Of a DNA stretch of 64,000 nucleotides, positions 62,797 through 64,000 are shown one piece after another. The DNA is from Mobula hypostoma (Eukaryota), in the NCBI RefSeq assembly GCF_963921235.1, contig NC_086097.1, forward strand, positions 34,784,001 through 34,848,000, in the 5' to 3' direction. Numbering within the stretch: position 1 is the stretch's first letter; each line of letters starts with the position of its first letter. The translations under genes and the position numbers were made by a program. The notes below the pieces were generated by a model that ran no database searches, was not told the origin of the DNA, and saw nothing but the letters and a program-made list of their open reading frames with translations.

Positions 62797-64000
62797 CAGT
62801 ACCTTGGAAAAAGTATTCAGTCCTGCCCCCCCCCCCACAACTATTTTCACATTTTACTGTCTCACCTTCTAAACTTAAAATATATTAAAGTAGGATTTTT
62901 GAGCTAATCTACAAAACATTGTGCATCATGTCAAATCAAAAAAAAATTCAAAACCTGTCAACAGTTTATTAAAAATTAAAAACCAAAATTGTGAGGCTGA
63001 AAAAGTACTCACCCTCTTTGTAGTTAGTACGCTAACTTTCCTCAGGTACAATACTGTATATTCCTTTAACAACTCACTCAATTTGTTGATGTAGAAAATT
63101 GGAGGATCACCTGTTTTCAATAAATTCATAAGAATAAATACTCCTCTCTCTGTAAGGTCCAAAAGTATGGTAGATTCTTAACAGATCAAACCAAAATGAA
63201 GACAAAAGAGCATGCAAGACAAGTCAGAAAAATGATAATAGAGAAACACAAACCTGGAGAAGGGTACAAGACTATATCAAAGGCGCTGAATATGCCTCGG
63301 AGCTCACTGCAGTTCATCATGAAAAAGTGGAAAAAATCTGAAACATGGCCACACTGCCTAGGTCAGGTCGCCCCCTAAACTTAGTCCCTGGAGAAGAATG
63401 GCACTTGTAAGAGAGAGGCTATTGTGATGCCAGTGGTCACTCTATGAGTGAGCTGCCAAAGTCAGAGGCTACAACTCGAGATGAAGTTCATGGCACCACA
63501 ATCTCTAAGGCCTTGCACATAAAGGGTGTTTATGGAAAAGTGGCAAGAAAGAAGCCCTGTCTGAAAAAGAACTTATCCTCGCCTGTCAAAGCTTTGCAAA
63601 GCATCACTTAAAAGATACTGTAAAGATGTGGAAGAAGATTTTGTGGTCAGATGAGACTGAAGTGAACTTATTGCCCTCAACACTAAGCGGTACTTGTGGT
63701 GTAAGTCTAAAATAACTACACATCAGCCAGGTAACATCATCCCTACTGTAAAGTATGGTGGTGGTAGCATTATGCCAAGGAGATATTTTACAGCAGCAAG
63801 GACTAGAAATCTGGTCATGATTGATGGGAAGATGAATGCTGCTAAATACAGAGAAACCCTGGATAAAAAACCTGCTAGCCTCTGCCTGAAAGCTTAAACT
63901 GGGGAGGAAGTTAATCTTTCAGCAGGGCAATGGCCCAAAGCACACTAACAGAGCAATGATGGACTGGCCTCCAGTGAAGAAAATTAATATCCTTCATTGG
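62797..64000 (+). mobile_element. Tc1-like DNA transposon, decayed transposase, truncated by the window end
   Basis: TIR cagtaccttggaaaaagtattcag. ORFs MKTKEHARQVRKMIIEKHKPGEGYKTISKAL (paired-like HTH), LWSDET and PTVKYGGGSIM. Same family as 48081-49473. Confidence 0.92.

Larger units (their letters stand above)
13690..64000 (+). other. Probable long intron of the B56 gene, running beyond the window
   Basis: GT donor at 13690. I could not find the expected next exon (D....EQ.ELF..KL.QCC..FDFMD) by eye or in the ORF track. Confidence 0.65.

Noticed and set aside
1..64000. CRISPR arrays, operons, rRNA, or viral and prokaryotic systems
   Set aside because: I saw no regularly spaced repeat-spacer arrays, dense ORF clusters or rRNA motifs. 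The window is eukaryotic intergenic and intronic DNA.

Overview
This is AT-rich, repeat-dense vertebrate DNA. The repeat families (CR1, Rex/Babar-type, L1/Tx1, Penelope-like, Tc1, tRNA-SINEs) suggest a cartilaginous fish, probably a ray or skate; this is an inference. The only host gene I can support starts in a CpG island at about 12.6-13.75 kb. Its first coding exon (13536-13689, +) encodes a PP2A B56 regulatory subunit, best matching PPP2R5E, and ends at a phase-1 GT donor. I found no further exon, so the remaining ~50 kb appears to be one large, transposon-filled intron. The most interesting signal is a Penelope-like element (PLE) family, identified by GIY-YIG remnants. Its terminal repeat carries a minimal type-I hammerhead-ribozyme motif, intact at 25284-25319 and sense to the host gene. 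Many short or fold-back copies break at this motif. Also present are a four-level nested transposon stack (50.8-52.1 kb), a hAT-like MITE with captured Tc1 sequence, and unexplained palindromes. Repeat boundaries and family names were assigned by eye and are approximate.
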